NCBI GenBank assembly: GCA_965240325.2
Contig: OZ251222.1
Location: forward strand, 3,906,001 to 3,970,000
Source of the DNA: Rebecca billardiae RCC1528
Taxonomy: Eukaryota > Protista > Haptophyta
DNA: 64,000 nucleotides
Direction: 5' to 3'
Position 1 is the first letter of the stretch; every line of letters starts with the position of its first letter. The translations under genes and the position numbers were made by a program. The notes under the pieces were generated by a model that worked only from the letters and a program-made list of their open reading frames with translations, did not search any database and had not been told where the DNA came from. Positions 12,536 through 24,660 of the stretch are shown in pieces.

Positions 12536-13997
12536 TGAGTGATGACTCGGGACAGGTTGCACGGAGAAATGACCCGCCCGCGACTGACAGATGTTACATT
12601 CGAAACAGTGGAGTGTGGAAGCGACCTCAGACCTGTCCACCCGATGACAGACCCGTCTTTCGGTACATCGCGTCCGTCCCATGGCGGCCGGCGCGTGGCG
12701 CGAGTGCTTGGAAACCACGGAGCACACGAATGCCGGTGGTTTCCGACCTTCGCCGCCACGGCCCGCCTCCCCGTTCGCCCGCAATCGGTACCGCAGTCTG
12801 GTGCCCAGTTCCTCTCACGGCCCGCCGTCGGCAGTGGGGCGAAGCCGAAGCGCATCGGCGGTCCAAAGAAGCACAACTGGGACCTGTGGTAGATAGAGCC
12901 TTCAAGGAGGCTGCTGTCGCGAACGAGCAGGATGCGCCGGTTGCAGTATGCGCGTGCACCTTTGCACGAACGTGTGCTGGTATCCTGCTGCACTGCTCAT
13001 ACCGTACGCACGAGCGCGCAACCGTGCGCACGCGCTCAGGTGGCTCGGACGTGACACACGCGAGTGCTTGTGAAGCTCGCCTCACGAGGCCTTCGTAGAA
13101 GAAGGCGGGCAACCGTAGTGCGCTAAGGAAGCAGAAGGAGATGCTCGCCAAACGCGTGCAGCGCGTGAGGGCGAAGCTTGCTACGGCGCGCGCGGTCTCT
13201 GCTGTTGCAGCTCGGGCCGCTGCTCCGGCCGTGCAGGCGGCGTCTGGCGCGAGGTCCTCTGACAAGCAGGCGAACTCTGGGCAGTCTGCCTTTGCCGCCG
13301 GCAAGAAGTATCGGAAGCGCACGCATTTGGTCGTGCGCATGGCGCGCTCGCGCGCCGTGACGCAGCAAGCAGGCGATCCTTGACAAGCGCCTTGCTGATG
13401 CTCAGCAGGCCGAGGCGACGAGCACGGCCGCTCGACCACGCCGACGGGCACGCCCTGAGTGAGGGGGAAGGCCCCTTTCGAGACAGCACTCATCAGGCGC
13501 TCGACGTTGAGTATGTCATTGATCGCGCGCGTGTGTGATCACGGCAGCAAGACTAAGTCGCGCGAGGTGGAGTAGGTGGTAGCGCGCCTCTTCGCAGCAT
13601 CATCCGCAGCTGACTGGCGTGAGTGCCAGCTCGCTCACGTCGCGCGTGGCAGCGCTGGTCGGCTTCCACCCTGTTCGCACAGCGCGGCGCCGGCTGCACC
13701 GCCCGTTCCGCTGGACGCCGGCTCGCTCGTCGTTGACGACTTCTTCTTCAACCCGGTCGCGCGGGCGCGGTGATGGTACACTCCGGCAGGCAGATGCGGC
13801 GCATTGTCTGATCTAAGCCGCGCGCAGCGCGGCTTAGATCCGGAGGGTCCCACTCCGCAATCCGGCCGCTAGACGACTGGCGCCTGGCCGCGGCCGCGCG
13901 CGCGCCGCAGCGCGCGCGGCACACGCCGCGGCCGTGGGCGGCGCCGCACTCGTCACGGCACACGCAGTGAGTGCGTGCGGCAGCGGTCTGTAGTCAC

Positions 13998-14755
13998 TCA
14001 CACGCGGCGAATCACCGCGTTCGTCTTGGATTCGTTCTGTGCAGCAGCACCTCCCCAGCCCAACGCACCCCACAGGCTGTCCAGGAATCCCGGCTGCGTG
14101 GGCTGCTCGACTGGCACCTCGACTGGTGGCGGAGGAGGCGGAGGCTGTGGGGCCTCCCGCTTCCCCAGCATGGCCTGCAAGCGCGCCTTGATGTCAGCGA
14201 CTGGGATCTTGCGGTACACGAAGAGGTACCACGCGCCCAACCCGACGCCCGCCAGGAACAGGACTGGCACAAGCACGCCTGCAATGATTGCGCCGGTGTC
14301 AACCTGGGCTCCTTGAATGCCTGTGTCGACGTCGATGTCGTCGTCGTCGTCGCCGCTGCCGCCACCACCGCCGCCGCCGCCACCACCCTGGCTGCCGCTG
14401 CTCGAGGAAGAGGCCGAGCTGATACTCTTCGGCGGGCTCGGAGGGCTCGGAGGACTTGGTGGGCTCGGGGGCGGGCTCGGCGGAGTCGGCGGGCTCGGAG
14501 GGCTCGGCGGCGACGAGGGCGGGCTCGGTGGGCTTGGCGGCGGCGAGGGCGACCAGAAGGCAATAGCTCCGTTGATGTAGTCGATGCCATTGTCGAAGCG
14601 GACGTAGTCGATGCCGTCGACTTCGAGAGAGTCCTTGACGCCGTCGAGCGCGTATATCTTGTCGTACTCCCCATCTTGCGCCTTGACAACGTCATAGCTG
14701 CCATCCTCGGCGTCAATCTTGTCATCCCCGGCGCCGCCTGTGGAAGGCAGGGGGA

Positions 14756-14793
<38 letters not shown>

Positions 14794-17700
14794 GGGCAGA
14801 CGCGGTGGGGCACGTGTCGCGCGTGGCGCGGTGCGAGCGCGCTGGCGTGGCAGAGACCTATGGGCGCGCGGCGCCCTGCGCGCACCATACAGGTAGTCAT
14901 AGCCGCTGCCGCCGATCAGGGTGTCGTCGTCGGCCCCGCCTGACGCGCACAGGGCGCGCGCGCAGATTTTGCTGGCTGAGGTCACGCGCGCGCAGCAGGG
15001 CGGTCGTGCACTGCGTGCGCGCGCGCGCACACTGCGCCGCGTGCGGTTGACGGTGCGCACACCGAAGAGGTAGCTCCGCGCCAAGCCAGCGACGCCGCTG
15101 CCGGACTTCGAGCCATCGTCACCACCGAACAGCACGTCGTCACCCCCACCGCCCTTCAGCGTGCTTGCTGCTGCGCCGCCGGTACTACCGACGGACGCGT
15201 CGCCACCGTTGCCAGCGTGCAGGGTGTCGGCACCGGGGCCACCGTACAGGAAGTTCTGGGCTGCGCCGCCCGCGCCCCCCGAACTGCCATCGCCGCCGTC
15301 GCCGCCGAAAAGGATGTCGTCGTCTTCCTCGCTGTAGAGGCGGTTGGTGCTTTTGCCACCGACGCGCCCGGAGAACTTGCCGTCTCCTGCGGACGAGCCA
15401 AAGATGCGGTCGTCCCCATAGCCTGCCTCGACAAGCAGGTCGGAATCGCCGCCAGACCCGCCGGCGTTCTTGCTGTCGCCCGCGGCGCCGGCCACGATGC
15501 GATCGTTGCCGGCACCAGAGAAGATCATGCCGCGCACGTCGCCGCCAGTGCCATAGAGCCCACCGTCGCCCGCGTCGCCGAGCGTGATCTCGTCGCGAGT
15601 CCCAGCCCCATACACTTCAGCTGTCACCGTACCGCCCATCGCCATATTCCCGTCGGTCCCACCCTCGGCGTCGCCCCCGTCGCCCGCGATGAAGATGTTC
15701 ACACCAGAATCGTACCCAACTAGCGATACCTCTGCATTGAGATCTCCGCCGCGAGCGTACTTTCCGCTGGCATCGCCTGCATCGCCAACGACGACGTAGT
15801 CCGCGCCGCCGGACGTCTCCAGCAGGGCAGTCACGTCGCCACCGCTTGCGTATTCGCCGGAGGCATCACCTGCGCTGCCGACAGTGACCTCGTCCGCGCC
15901 GATGCCAGCGTACACACGTGCAAGGAGGTCCCCTCCTGAAGACCAGACGCCAGAGGCGTCGCCACCGCCGCCGATGGTGGCGGTGTTGGCGCCGTCGTAG
16001 AGATTGAGGTCAGCAGTGGCGGAGCCGGCCATGCCCCAGTCGTCTGAGGCGGCGCCGGCGCTGCCGACAGTGACAGTGTCTGCGCCCTGGCCACCAAACA
16101 CTTCTGCATCGAGGCCGCCGCCTTGGGACCAATAGGCAGAGGCGTCGCCAGCGCCGCCGATGGCGGCTGTGTTCGTACCGCCGTAGAGATGGAGGCGAGC
16201 AGTTGTGGAGCCGCCCACGCCCGTTTTGCCTGAGGCGGAGCCGGCGCTGCCGATCGTGACCTCGTCGGCGTCCGAGCCACCGAACACCACAGCACCGAGG
16301 GCACCGCCTTGGGACATATAGGCAGAGGCGTCGCCAGCGCTGCCGATGGTGGCGGTGTTCGTGCCGTCGTACAGAAAGAGGTTCACATCAGTGTTGCCGC
16401 CCATGCCCCAGTCGCCCAAAGCAACGCCTGCGCTGCCGATCGTGAACTCGTCCGCGTCCGAGCCACCATACACACGTGCATCGAGGGCACCGCCTTGGGA
16501 CATATAGGCTGAGGCGTCGCCACTGCCGCCGATGGTGGCTGTGTTCGTGCCGTCGTAGAGAAAGAGAAGAGTGTCAATGTCGCCGCCCATGCTCCAAGTG
16601 CCAGAGGCAACGCCTGCGCTGCCGATCGTGACCTCGTCGGCGTCCGAGCCACCGAACACCGAAGCATCGAGGGCACCGCCTTGGGACTGCCCGGCTGAGG
16701 CGTCGCCAGCGCCGCCGATGGTGGCAGTGTTCGCGCCGCCGTAGAGATAGAGTTTAGCAGTGGCGCCGCCGGCCATGCCCCAGTCGTCTGAGGCGGCGCC
16801 GGCGCTGCCGACAGTGACAGAGTCTGTGCCAGCGCCACCAAACACATCTGCAGTGAGGTCGCCGCCTTGGGACCAATGAGCAGAGGCGTCCCCACCGCCG
16901 CCGATGGTGGCGGTGTTCGTGCCGCCGTAGAGAGCGAGGCGAGCAGTTGTGTCGCCGCCCTCGCCGTATGCACCTAAGCCAACGCCTGCGCTGCCGATCG
17001 TGACCTCGTCCACGTAGGAGCCACCGTACACCACAGCATCGAGGTCACCGCCTTGAGACATAAACCCAGAGGCATCGCCACCGCCGCCGATGGTGGCGGT
17101 GTTCGCGCCGCCGCTGAGATAGAGCTTAGCAGTCGCGCCGCCGCCCACGCCGTAGTCGCCAGAGGCGTCTCCAGCGCTGCTGACATCGACAGAGTCTGCA
17201 CCCGCGCCACCAAACACATCTGCAGTGAGCTCGCCGCCTTGAGCCATGTAAGCCGAGGCGTCCCCACCGCCGCCGATGGTGGCGGTGTTCGTGCCGCCGA
17301 AGAGATCGAGGTACACATCAGTGTTGCCGCCCTTGCCCCATTCGCCCGAGGCAACGCCTGCGCTGCCGATCGTGACGCCGTCCGCATCAAAGCCACCATA
17401 CACGACAGCATCGAGGGCACCGCCTTGGGACCACCCGGCTGAGGCGTCGCCACCGCCACCGATGGTGGCGGTGTTCGCACCGCCGTAGAGAAAGAGCTTA
17501 GTTGTCGCGTCGCCGCCCACGCCCCAGGACCCTGAGGCGGCGCCAGCGCTGCTGACTGCGACAGAGTCTGTGCCCGCACCACCGCGTACTTCTGCATCGA
17601 GGCCGCCGCCGTAAGACCGAAAGCCTGCGGCGTCGCCAGCGCCACCGATGGTCACTTGGTTACTGCCACCAGAACCAGTAATGTCGACGTTCACGTCTCC

Positions 17701-18481
17701 ACCACGGGCGTACTTGCCGGCAGTGAGAGCAACGCTGCCAGCGGCTCCCACAGCCACGATGTCGTCGCCGGTGCCGACGGTCAGAGTGATGGCAGCATCG
17801 CCACCTCGTCCATACCAGCCCACGGTTGCGTCTCCGCCTCCGCCGAGGGTGACGCGGTTGTTGCCATCACCGACATCAATGGAGCTTGTCGCCATGCCGC
17901 CGTACGCCCAATCGCCACTCGCGTCCCCACCCGAGCTCGTTGTCACCACGTCGTTGCCTTCAAGCGCGTACAGGTAGTTCACGACAGCTCCTCCAGTTGC
18001 AAAAGCGGCAAAGCCGTCGCCAGGAGCTCCGCCAGTGAGCCGGTTGTCACCACTATAGCCGTTCAGCGTGTTGGAGACCGCCGCCTCCACCGTCATGTCC
18101 GTGCCTCCGTCCGCCGCGTCTGCTCCAGTCAGCGTGTCGTCCGTGTCAGCCGAGCCGTAGTACGTGCCCAGCGCTCGAGCTGGGCGCGAGGGCCTCCTAC
18201 AGATGGGCGCGCGCGCCACGTCGGGGCAGGGGCGAGGGCGGGTGTCAGCGCCAGGGGGGTGGCGTTCACGGCATGGCGGGGCCATGCGTGCGCACCCGCA
18301 CGCGCAGCGCCTTCCCCGCAGGCCGCGCTCGTGGCGGCACGCGCGCGTACTTGGCGCGTTCGGAGTCGGACCCGGGCGCATGTCCGGGCGTCGTCGGGGC
18401 GCGTGCCCCTGTGGCCGACGGAGCGCGGGCGGCGAGCAGTGCGAGCAAGGTGGTGCTGACGAGGAGGGCGTGCCACGCCAT
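13998..18481 (-). CDS. Type-I membrane/surface protein with RTX-like (GGxGxDxL) Gly-rich solenoid, SPP stalk and C-terminal TM helix, ~1352 aa
   Basis: Exons 18481-18351, 18196-15063, 14939-14886, 14737-13998 (4059 nt, in frame). Signal peptide MAWHALLVSTTLLALLAA; many GGxGxD nonamers; (SPP)n stalk; TM IIAGVLVPVLFLAGVGLGAWYLFVY followed by RK. Confidence 0.8.
14759..14792 (+). repeat. Poly-G run (~34 nt) inside intron 3 of the RTX-like gene
   Basis: Directly visible homopolymer. Its exact length is assembly-sensitive. Confidence 0.9.
15790..17660 (-). repeat. Coding tandem repeat, 186-bp (62-aa) unit, ~10 copies
   Basis: CCGATGG anchor recurs every 186 bp (15971, 16157, 16343, 16529 ... 17459, 17645). 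Confidence 0.9.
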
Positions 18482-18689
18482 CGTCGTGGCGAGCCGTCGG
18501 GGGAAGGTACGGCGGGAGGTGGGGTCGGGGCCGGTGGTCGGGCCGACGCCTTGCAGGTCCTCGGAGCGAGGCGTAAGTGCGACTGCGTCAGCGCGCGCGA
18601 ATTTCGTTCAGCACATCAGTAATTTGCGCCGATTCGTCGAACGAATCGTCGTCCCCTCTGCTCTCCACTCGGTTTACAGTTTGTAACTA

Positions 18690-20216
18690 AGACTACACAC
18701 AGGTTGTGTGACTCAGGCAGGCGAGATTGACGACGACCCCCTTGAAATTGGGTGTCACCTACTGGTGGGGAAAGTAATACCGGAGTAGGAATATGAAGAA
18801 TGGGGCCTCAAACGTTTTTTGATTAGGCACGCCTCGGGAATCGAGAACCCATGTCGTTACCTTTTTGAGCGCGCGCCATAGGGATGTCGTTGCGATTCTC
18901 ACCTATTTGTTGACGCTTTTCTACGACCATCCACCTCCCTTGACCATCGGCCATCCGCTCCCAAGTTGAGGAACCGCGACGATTGCTTTCGCCACCGCGC
19001 CGCGTGCGCTCGGCACACACGATTGAGTATGACGAACGAGCTCAGCGCGCTGCTGCAGGAGGTGACGGCCACGCGCGACACGCAGAACGGCGCTCAGCCG
19101 GCGTGGCTCGACGACGCTTCCGGCACTCGCGCTCGCACTCGCACACAGGCGTACGTGTGCGACGAGCCGGATCAGCTCCGCGGGCCTCCGCCGAACCCAG
19201 CGCCACAGATGCCATCGTCGGCGTCGCGAGGTACTGCGCCGATCTGGCGGAGATCCAGCGGCACGTGGCGGCGATCAAGCAGCCGCAGCCGCATCAGATG
19301 ACGTGCACGAACGGCCTCGTGGAGAAGCTCGTACCACAAGCCTACCATAAGCCACCCGCTCGCCGACTTGCCTGACTACTACTCGCGCTGGCTCGTCACC
19401 AACGGGCGCGGCCTTCGAGCCGTCACCCGCGCCGCGCGCGGCTCGCGGCGCCATTGCGGAGGTGCGTGCCCGCCGGCGCGAGCTGCACAACACAACATGC
19501 ACACCGACGCGAGCCGCTCGTACCACGTCGTGCCCGACGGGCCGTGCTCAGCGACGGCTGCAAGCCTACGCCATGCAGTCGGTTGTGCCCTGCGCCGCTC
19601 GCCCCGCACCCGTGCAGACCCGAGACCGGTGGGCCATCCGCGGTGCGTGCCGTTGCCGCGCCGTCGTGCCCGAGCGGCCGTGCGCAGCGACGACTGCATC
19701 GACGCGCGCCTCACCGTGCGCCTCGGTGGGCTGCGTGCAGTGAACCGCGCGGTGGCGGTGCGGTACCGTGCTGCGGCGCTGCGCGCGCGCGCCACCGGAT
19801 GATACCGTTATTTATAGTCAGCGCTGAACGGCCAACTCGTCCCATCGTCGTCGGGTCTGCCGGCCCTAACCAGCTTCTCCGTCGCGTCCTAGACGCGCTG
19901 TGTTCGACCAGCCCCACCGGGACAAGGCCGCCAGGCCCCCGCAGTTTATTTAACGACGTGGTATGCAACGGGCAAGCGTCAGGCTCATCAGAGTGCAGCA
20001 GACATAGAATGCCTCCGGCGGCCGCAGGGCATGATAGGTAGTTGGGGCTAAGGAGTGCTACTTTGGTTCTTGACTAATAAAAGTTAGTCGGCTCCCGCCG
20101 GGCAAAGTAGTCGCAACTATACTTTTTCGCCTAGCTTTCCGAGACCAGCTGTCCAGCTGAGTAGTCGTGCTACTTCACTGGCGTCAATCTCGCCTGCCTG
20201 AGCTGTGTGCGTCTCT
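18690..20216. mobile_element. ~1.5-kb non-autonomous TIR DNA element with decayed internal coding fragments
   Basis: Right TIR CAATCTCGCCTGCCTGAGCTGTGTGCGTCTCT (20185-20216) pairs with a degenerate left TIR AGACTACACACAG[GTTGTGTGA]CTCAGGCAGGCGAGATTG. TA lies on both flanks. Confidence 0.7.
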
Positions 20217-21051
20217 TATGGCGGGCCGTAGGTCCGCCCCTTGTAGTGCCCGGGAAAAAGATAAGAAAAAGAAAAGGAAAAAAGAAAATCGCCTCGCAAA
20301 GTAGAAAAGAAAATCGCTTCGCTCACTACCGGGCGCCCTCGCAGCTCCCACTGGGGACGCTCGGCCGAAAACCATATGGCGCCTGGCGCGGAGCGCGTGG
20401 GCCGCGCGCGCCGAATCCAACGCCGGTGCGGATATCGCGCGAGGATTCCCTAGACGGGTTTTCGCCCGATTCGCGATTGCTGCCCTCGTCGTCTCGCGTG
20501 CAGGTCGAACGGGGCCCAAATCGGACCGTTTGATGCGGTACGCTCGGCGCGTCGACACGATCGTGCGACTTGGGGCGATCCTCGCCCGACGTGCACGTCG
20601 AAAGCTCGCACCGGCCATAGCATCATGCGCTGCGCACGATGACCGCCTCGCGCGATCCACCGTCGCGCGTCGGGCTCGGTGCGAGAAAGCCCTCATCACG
20701 AGGCGTCTCGCGGGCGGGAAGCGCCATCGCACGCGACGCAAGATTTGGCGCGGCCTTCTGAACTCGATCGCCGGAATCCGCGCACCGGACTCAGTCCTCG
20801 CTCGCGGTCCGGTCCCTCAGACGAAGCCCACGTCCGGCCTGCATGGCGTCGACGGTGACCAATGCGACGGAAGCGCAGCGCCAACGGCGTACGACGCGCA
20901 GCGGACGCACCTCCCGGGTCTGTCGCCGTGGCAGCAACCGCGTCATCGCGAGTTGGCGACCCTCGCCGCAGCGCGACACAGACAAGCCCGTGATGCCATC
21001 TGCAGAGAGACGGGACGTCGAGCATGCAACATCGCCGCGCCATCCTCGTCC

Positions 21052-21600
21052 ATGGCGCAGGCGCTGCGGGACGAGGCGGACGTCGTCACGCCGGTGACGG
21101 ATGCGCTGCGAATCGTGTGTTTGCTCGAGCAGCTCGTGCCCGCTCTCGATCGCGAGTGGCACACGCTGTCGCTGTGCGCGCGCGCGCACAACCAACAGCT
21201 CCTTGTGCCGCCGAACACGCAGGCGCCAGACCTGTCGCACGAGGCGAAGAGCGACGACCGCGCGAACGTCAACGCGCTCGTGCTCAGCGTGGCAGCCGTG
21301 CACGACGCCAACGCGACCTGCGCCGAGCCCATCATGCCCGGAGCAGACATCGGCAAGCATCCTCGCGACGACCGCTCTCGGCTGGCGGCAGGAGGACATG
21401 CACATGATCTACTCTGGCGGCTTCGTCGGCGGCGAGGCGCTCGATTACGCCATCGCGGTCGAGATGCGGCACATACAGTGCGTACCCGCGCTCGCGCGGA
21501 GCAACGGGCTACCCGCCCCGCCCCGCGCGCTGCACATTCCCTCGTGGGTGTGGGCCTCGCTGATGCGCATAAGAGTACAGACTGAGACGTGTCACACGTC
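21052..21600 (+). pseudogene. Frameshifted coding remnant, part resembling the N-terminus of a Ulp1/C48 protease domain
   Basis: Protein-like text switches frame near 21350. DMHMIYSGGFVGGEALDYAI...HIPSWVWASL loosely fits the Ulp1 pattern. No catalytic H-D-C triad present. Confidence 0.3.
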
Positions 21601-21811
21601 GGGGAGCCAACTTCACGTGTCATCACTGGTCCTTGCACTCGACTGTCCGTAACCCACGGCCACGAGCGAATGTGGAAAGACGCGAACCCGCAAAGGATAC
21701 ATTGCGACAGCACTGGCACGGCCCGCCGACTCCCCCGCCCGGGCGCCAGGGCACAGTTTTCTTAGTAAACTGTGTCATGTAGATAGTACTACGTACAGTT
21801 TACTAATAATA

Positions 21812-21843
21812 AGAGACGCACACAGCTCAGGCAGGCGAGATTG
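21812..21843 (+). mobile_element. Solo TIR of the 18690-20216 family
   Basis: AGAGACGCACACAGCTCAGGCAGGCGAGATTG is the exact reverse complement of 20185-20216 and is preceded by TA. No downstream partner found. Confidence 0.75.
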
Positions 21844-22593
21844 TAGTCGACTAGGTAGCTGAGCGAGCACGGACCGTGCGTCGACGCACGGATCCAAGGC
21901 GCGTGTGGCACGTCCGGGACCGGGGGGCATGCAACACGCCGGTCGGCGTTGCCGTACGAGCACGCGGGCATGCAGCATTGACAGCTTCCCGGTTCCGACT
22001 TTTCGACCACTCTCACGTCCACGCCCACGTCCCCGTGGCCCGTCCGACCGGCGCAGGGCAGACTGGAATATGGATGAGCAAGTAGTGGCCAGGATCACCG
22101 TTCTGACGGTCATGCTGACCTCTGGAACATGCCATGCGATGGCGCATGCCTGGCTAGCCGTAGTCGGCTGCCGGTCACGACTCACGTGCGACCGCTGAGT
22201 CCGATTCACACCGTCGCGGCTGTCTGAATGATTGATACTGAATGAATGAGAATCTGAATGCCGTGCGAATCATACGTTTCCAAGCGTACGTGCGCGCCTG
22301 TCAACAGCGGGGCGATCATCGACCGACGTGGCTAGCAAGCGGTGATCAGGCCAGCAACCGAACCGCGCCTCAGCCTGGCCTGGCTGGTTCTCTCGGACCA
22401 CGAGTCAGGCGCGCGTAATTCGTTTGCAGCAGACCTCGCCACTGCTCAATATGCCCGTCCAGAGGTCCACTCACCGTCCAGAGGAGTCCGCACCGGGGCG
22501 TGCCGCGCTGCCGTCATACTGATACTGCTGGCCGGCAGCCACGCGTACTGTACAGTCCGATAATAATTAGATCTCAGGTCTATCTATCTACTA

Positions 22594-23116
22594 CAGGCAA
22601 TCGCGGGCAATAAGGAGCTGTCACGTTAAGAAACTGGGGCTTGCTAGCTGCGGATCTGGCCTAGAAACTGAGACTAGCGATTGGCTGGTTCGCTATACGC
22701 ATAGTCACACTAAGAAACCGGGACTACGTCGTCGCGGCTGACGTGAACGTGGTCCGCCGAGGCGCAGTCGGCCCGTGGGACGCGGCGCGCGGCCCGACTA
22801 CGAGTACAGGCCAAGTCCCGACTTCTCCTGATGACTGACTCTTGGCCAGTGCACCGCAGCATCCATGCAACATCATGCCAGATTTGCTCCAAAATGATGG
22901 CCCAATTTTTTCTTCGGCCTCGCCGGCCGGGCCTAAAGACTCAGCGGGGGGCTCTGCCCCCCTGCACCCCCCGCGCCTGCGCGGCGGGCGGACCTAGCTA
23001 ACAAACTGAGACTCCGTAGGACCGTAGGCGCTCGGGCTACCGAACGGCTAAGAAACCGAGACTAGCCGTGAGATCTCTGACTTCTTAGTTTGCCCGCGAT
23101 TTAAGTTAGAAGCCTG
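22594..23116 (-). mobile_element. Tc1/mariner-type MITE (~520 bp), empty older copy
   Basis: TA|CAGGCAATCGCGGGCAATAAG at 22594 and a damaged TIR ending GCCTG|TA at 23116. The body is the reverse complement of 51676-52168 plus 54570-54590. Confidence 0.9.
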
Positions 23117-23204
23117 TATCATCTATCAATATCTATATATATATATATATATATATCTACCTAGATATCTACCCCCGTATACCTGCCCGTTGCATACCAC
23201 GTCG

Positions 23205-23207
<3 letters not shown>

Positions 23208-23279
<72 letters not shown>
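23208..23279. repeat. (TA)n microsatellite
   Basis: About 36 TA units. A shorter run lies at ~23135-23156. Confidence 0.95.
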
Positions 23280-23281
<2 letters not shown>

Positions 23282-23347
23282 TTGGTGATTTGGTGGGGGT
23301 ACTCCCGACCGCTGCCATTCGAACCCTGCGCTGGCTGCTTTATTAGA

Positions 23348-24502
23348 TCATAATGGCGACGACGATCCGTCGGGCGAGTGTGCGCCGGGAAAGACGGAGC
23401 GCACGACGGCGGTGGGCGCCCGGGCCGTCTCGAAGCAGCGCGCCGGCTGGCCACGCGCGCGCCACGCGCGGCGCAGCAGCCGGGTCACGTGCTGCGCGTC
23501 GGGCAGCGGGCCGAGCACCCGCAGCGTGCTCACCTGCGCCTGCAGGAATCCCCACACGCAGCCGTATGGCTCGGCGAACGCGCGCGCGGACGCGGGCAGC
23601 CGCGCCCACGTGCGCTGCTCGGGCGCGCTGGGCGGGAGCCACGGCTTGTACGAGCCGCTGAAGTGCACGCCCACCGGCGGGTGCGCGGCCGCCCACGCGA
23701 GCAGAGAGCGGCCGCTCGGCTTCTGCGCGCGCATCGCCACGTTCCACAGCCCCCAGTTGAGCGTGCTCGGCAGCCGCAGCACGCGCCCATCGTAGAAGGC
23801 GGCGGTGAGCTTCTGGTCGGCGCGCTTGGAGCGCCTCGTCCCGGCGCTCGTGTTCCGCAACCCGTTCATCCACCCCACCACCTCGGCGCGCACCGCTGCC
23901 GAGGGCGCCAGCACCATCAGTCCCGAGTTGAGGTTCTTCTCCACGCGGCCGCGCGCGTCGATGTCGCGCGCGTCCTCGGGGTTGCCCGCCGCGCCGACGA
24001 GGTCGCGGCCGTGCGCGCGCAGCGGGAGGCTGAAGAGGTGGTCCACGCTGTCCACGAGCATCAGGTCCGAGTCCACGTACACGACCGTGCGGTACTCGAC
24101 CAAGCCGAGGATGGATGGCAGCTTGGTGCACGCGAGGTGGTGCAGCGCGTTCAGTGCGCCCGTGCGGCTGACGGGGTGCGGGCAGCGGACGATCTCGTGC
24201 GCAGCGAGGGGTTTGACGCGCACGAGCAACCGCTCGAGCGGAACGAGCGCATCAGCGTTCTCCACGCCCCACGTCATCGTCACCACGTCCGCCTGTGTGC
24301 CAGACATGCGCAGCGCGGCCGCGCACACAGCCGTCGCCGACACGTACGGCTCCCCGAGCACCAGGAACGCGTAGGCGTGGTCAGACGATTGCGGCTGCTG
24401 TGCGAGCATACGAGACGGGTCGACGCCGGCCAGGGCACTCGGTGCCACGCTGCCCAAGCACAGCACAACGATCGCGCGAAATCGCCGTTCGCCCGCCGCC
24501 AT
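23348..24502 (-). CDS. Glycosyltransferase family 8 (glycogenin-like) protein, 384 aa
   Basis: AYAFLV...Y, TKL...EYRTVVYVDSDLML...DHLF, NSGLMVLAPS, ADQ, LPSTLN, VHFSGSYKPW; N-terminal hydrophobic segment; intronless. Confidence 0.9.
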   Translation of the reverse strand: MAAGERRFRAIVVLCLGSVAPSALAGVDPSRMLAQQPQSSDHAYAFLVLGEPYVSATAVCAAALRMSGTQADVVTMTWGVENADALVPLERLLVRVKPLAAHEIVRCPHPVSRTGALNALHHLACTKLPSILGLVEYRTVVYVDSDLMLVDSVDHLFSLPLRAHGRDLVGAAGNPEDARDIDARGRVEKNLNSGLMVLAPSAAVRAEVVGWMNGLRNTSAGTRRSKRADQKLTAAFYDGRVLRLPSTLNWGLWNVAMRAQKPSGRSLLAWAAAHPPVGVHFSGSYKPWLPPSAPEQRTWARLPASARAFAEPYGCVWGFLQAQVSTLRVLGPLPDAQHVTRLLRRAWRARGQPARCFETARAPTAVVRSVFPGAHSPDGSSSPL

Positions 24503-24660
24503 CGGACGCTTCCGCTCTCACCCGCTCAGCTTGCGCGGTTTTTTTGGGTCGCGCGGCAAAAAAGGAAAAATGGAAAACTGTTATATCACTGATCGTCAGG
24601 GCAAAGTCGTGTCGTCGTTACGACTGCCATTTCGTCCGGCGGGCCTGCTTCGCCAGCGTG

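Noticed and set aside
12600-13900. Short protein-like fragments (e.g. 13141-13383), and similar ones at 19030-19800 and 62400-63050
   Set aside because: Interrupted by stops and frameshifts with no recognisable domain. Probably decayed element sequence and not callable as genes.
23168-23302. TACCCC...GGGGTA arms around the (TA)n tract (similar layout at 52570-52661) as a mini-element
   Set aside because: The arms are only 5-6 bp and the interiors do not align convincingly.
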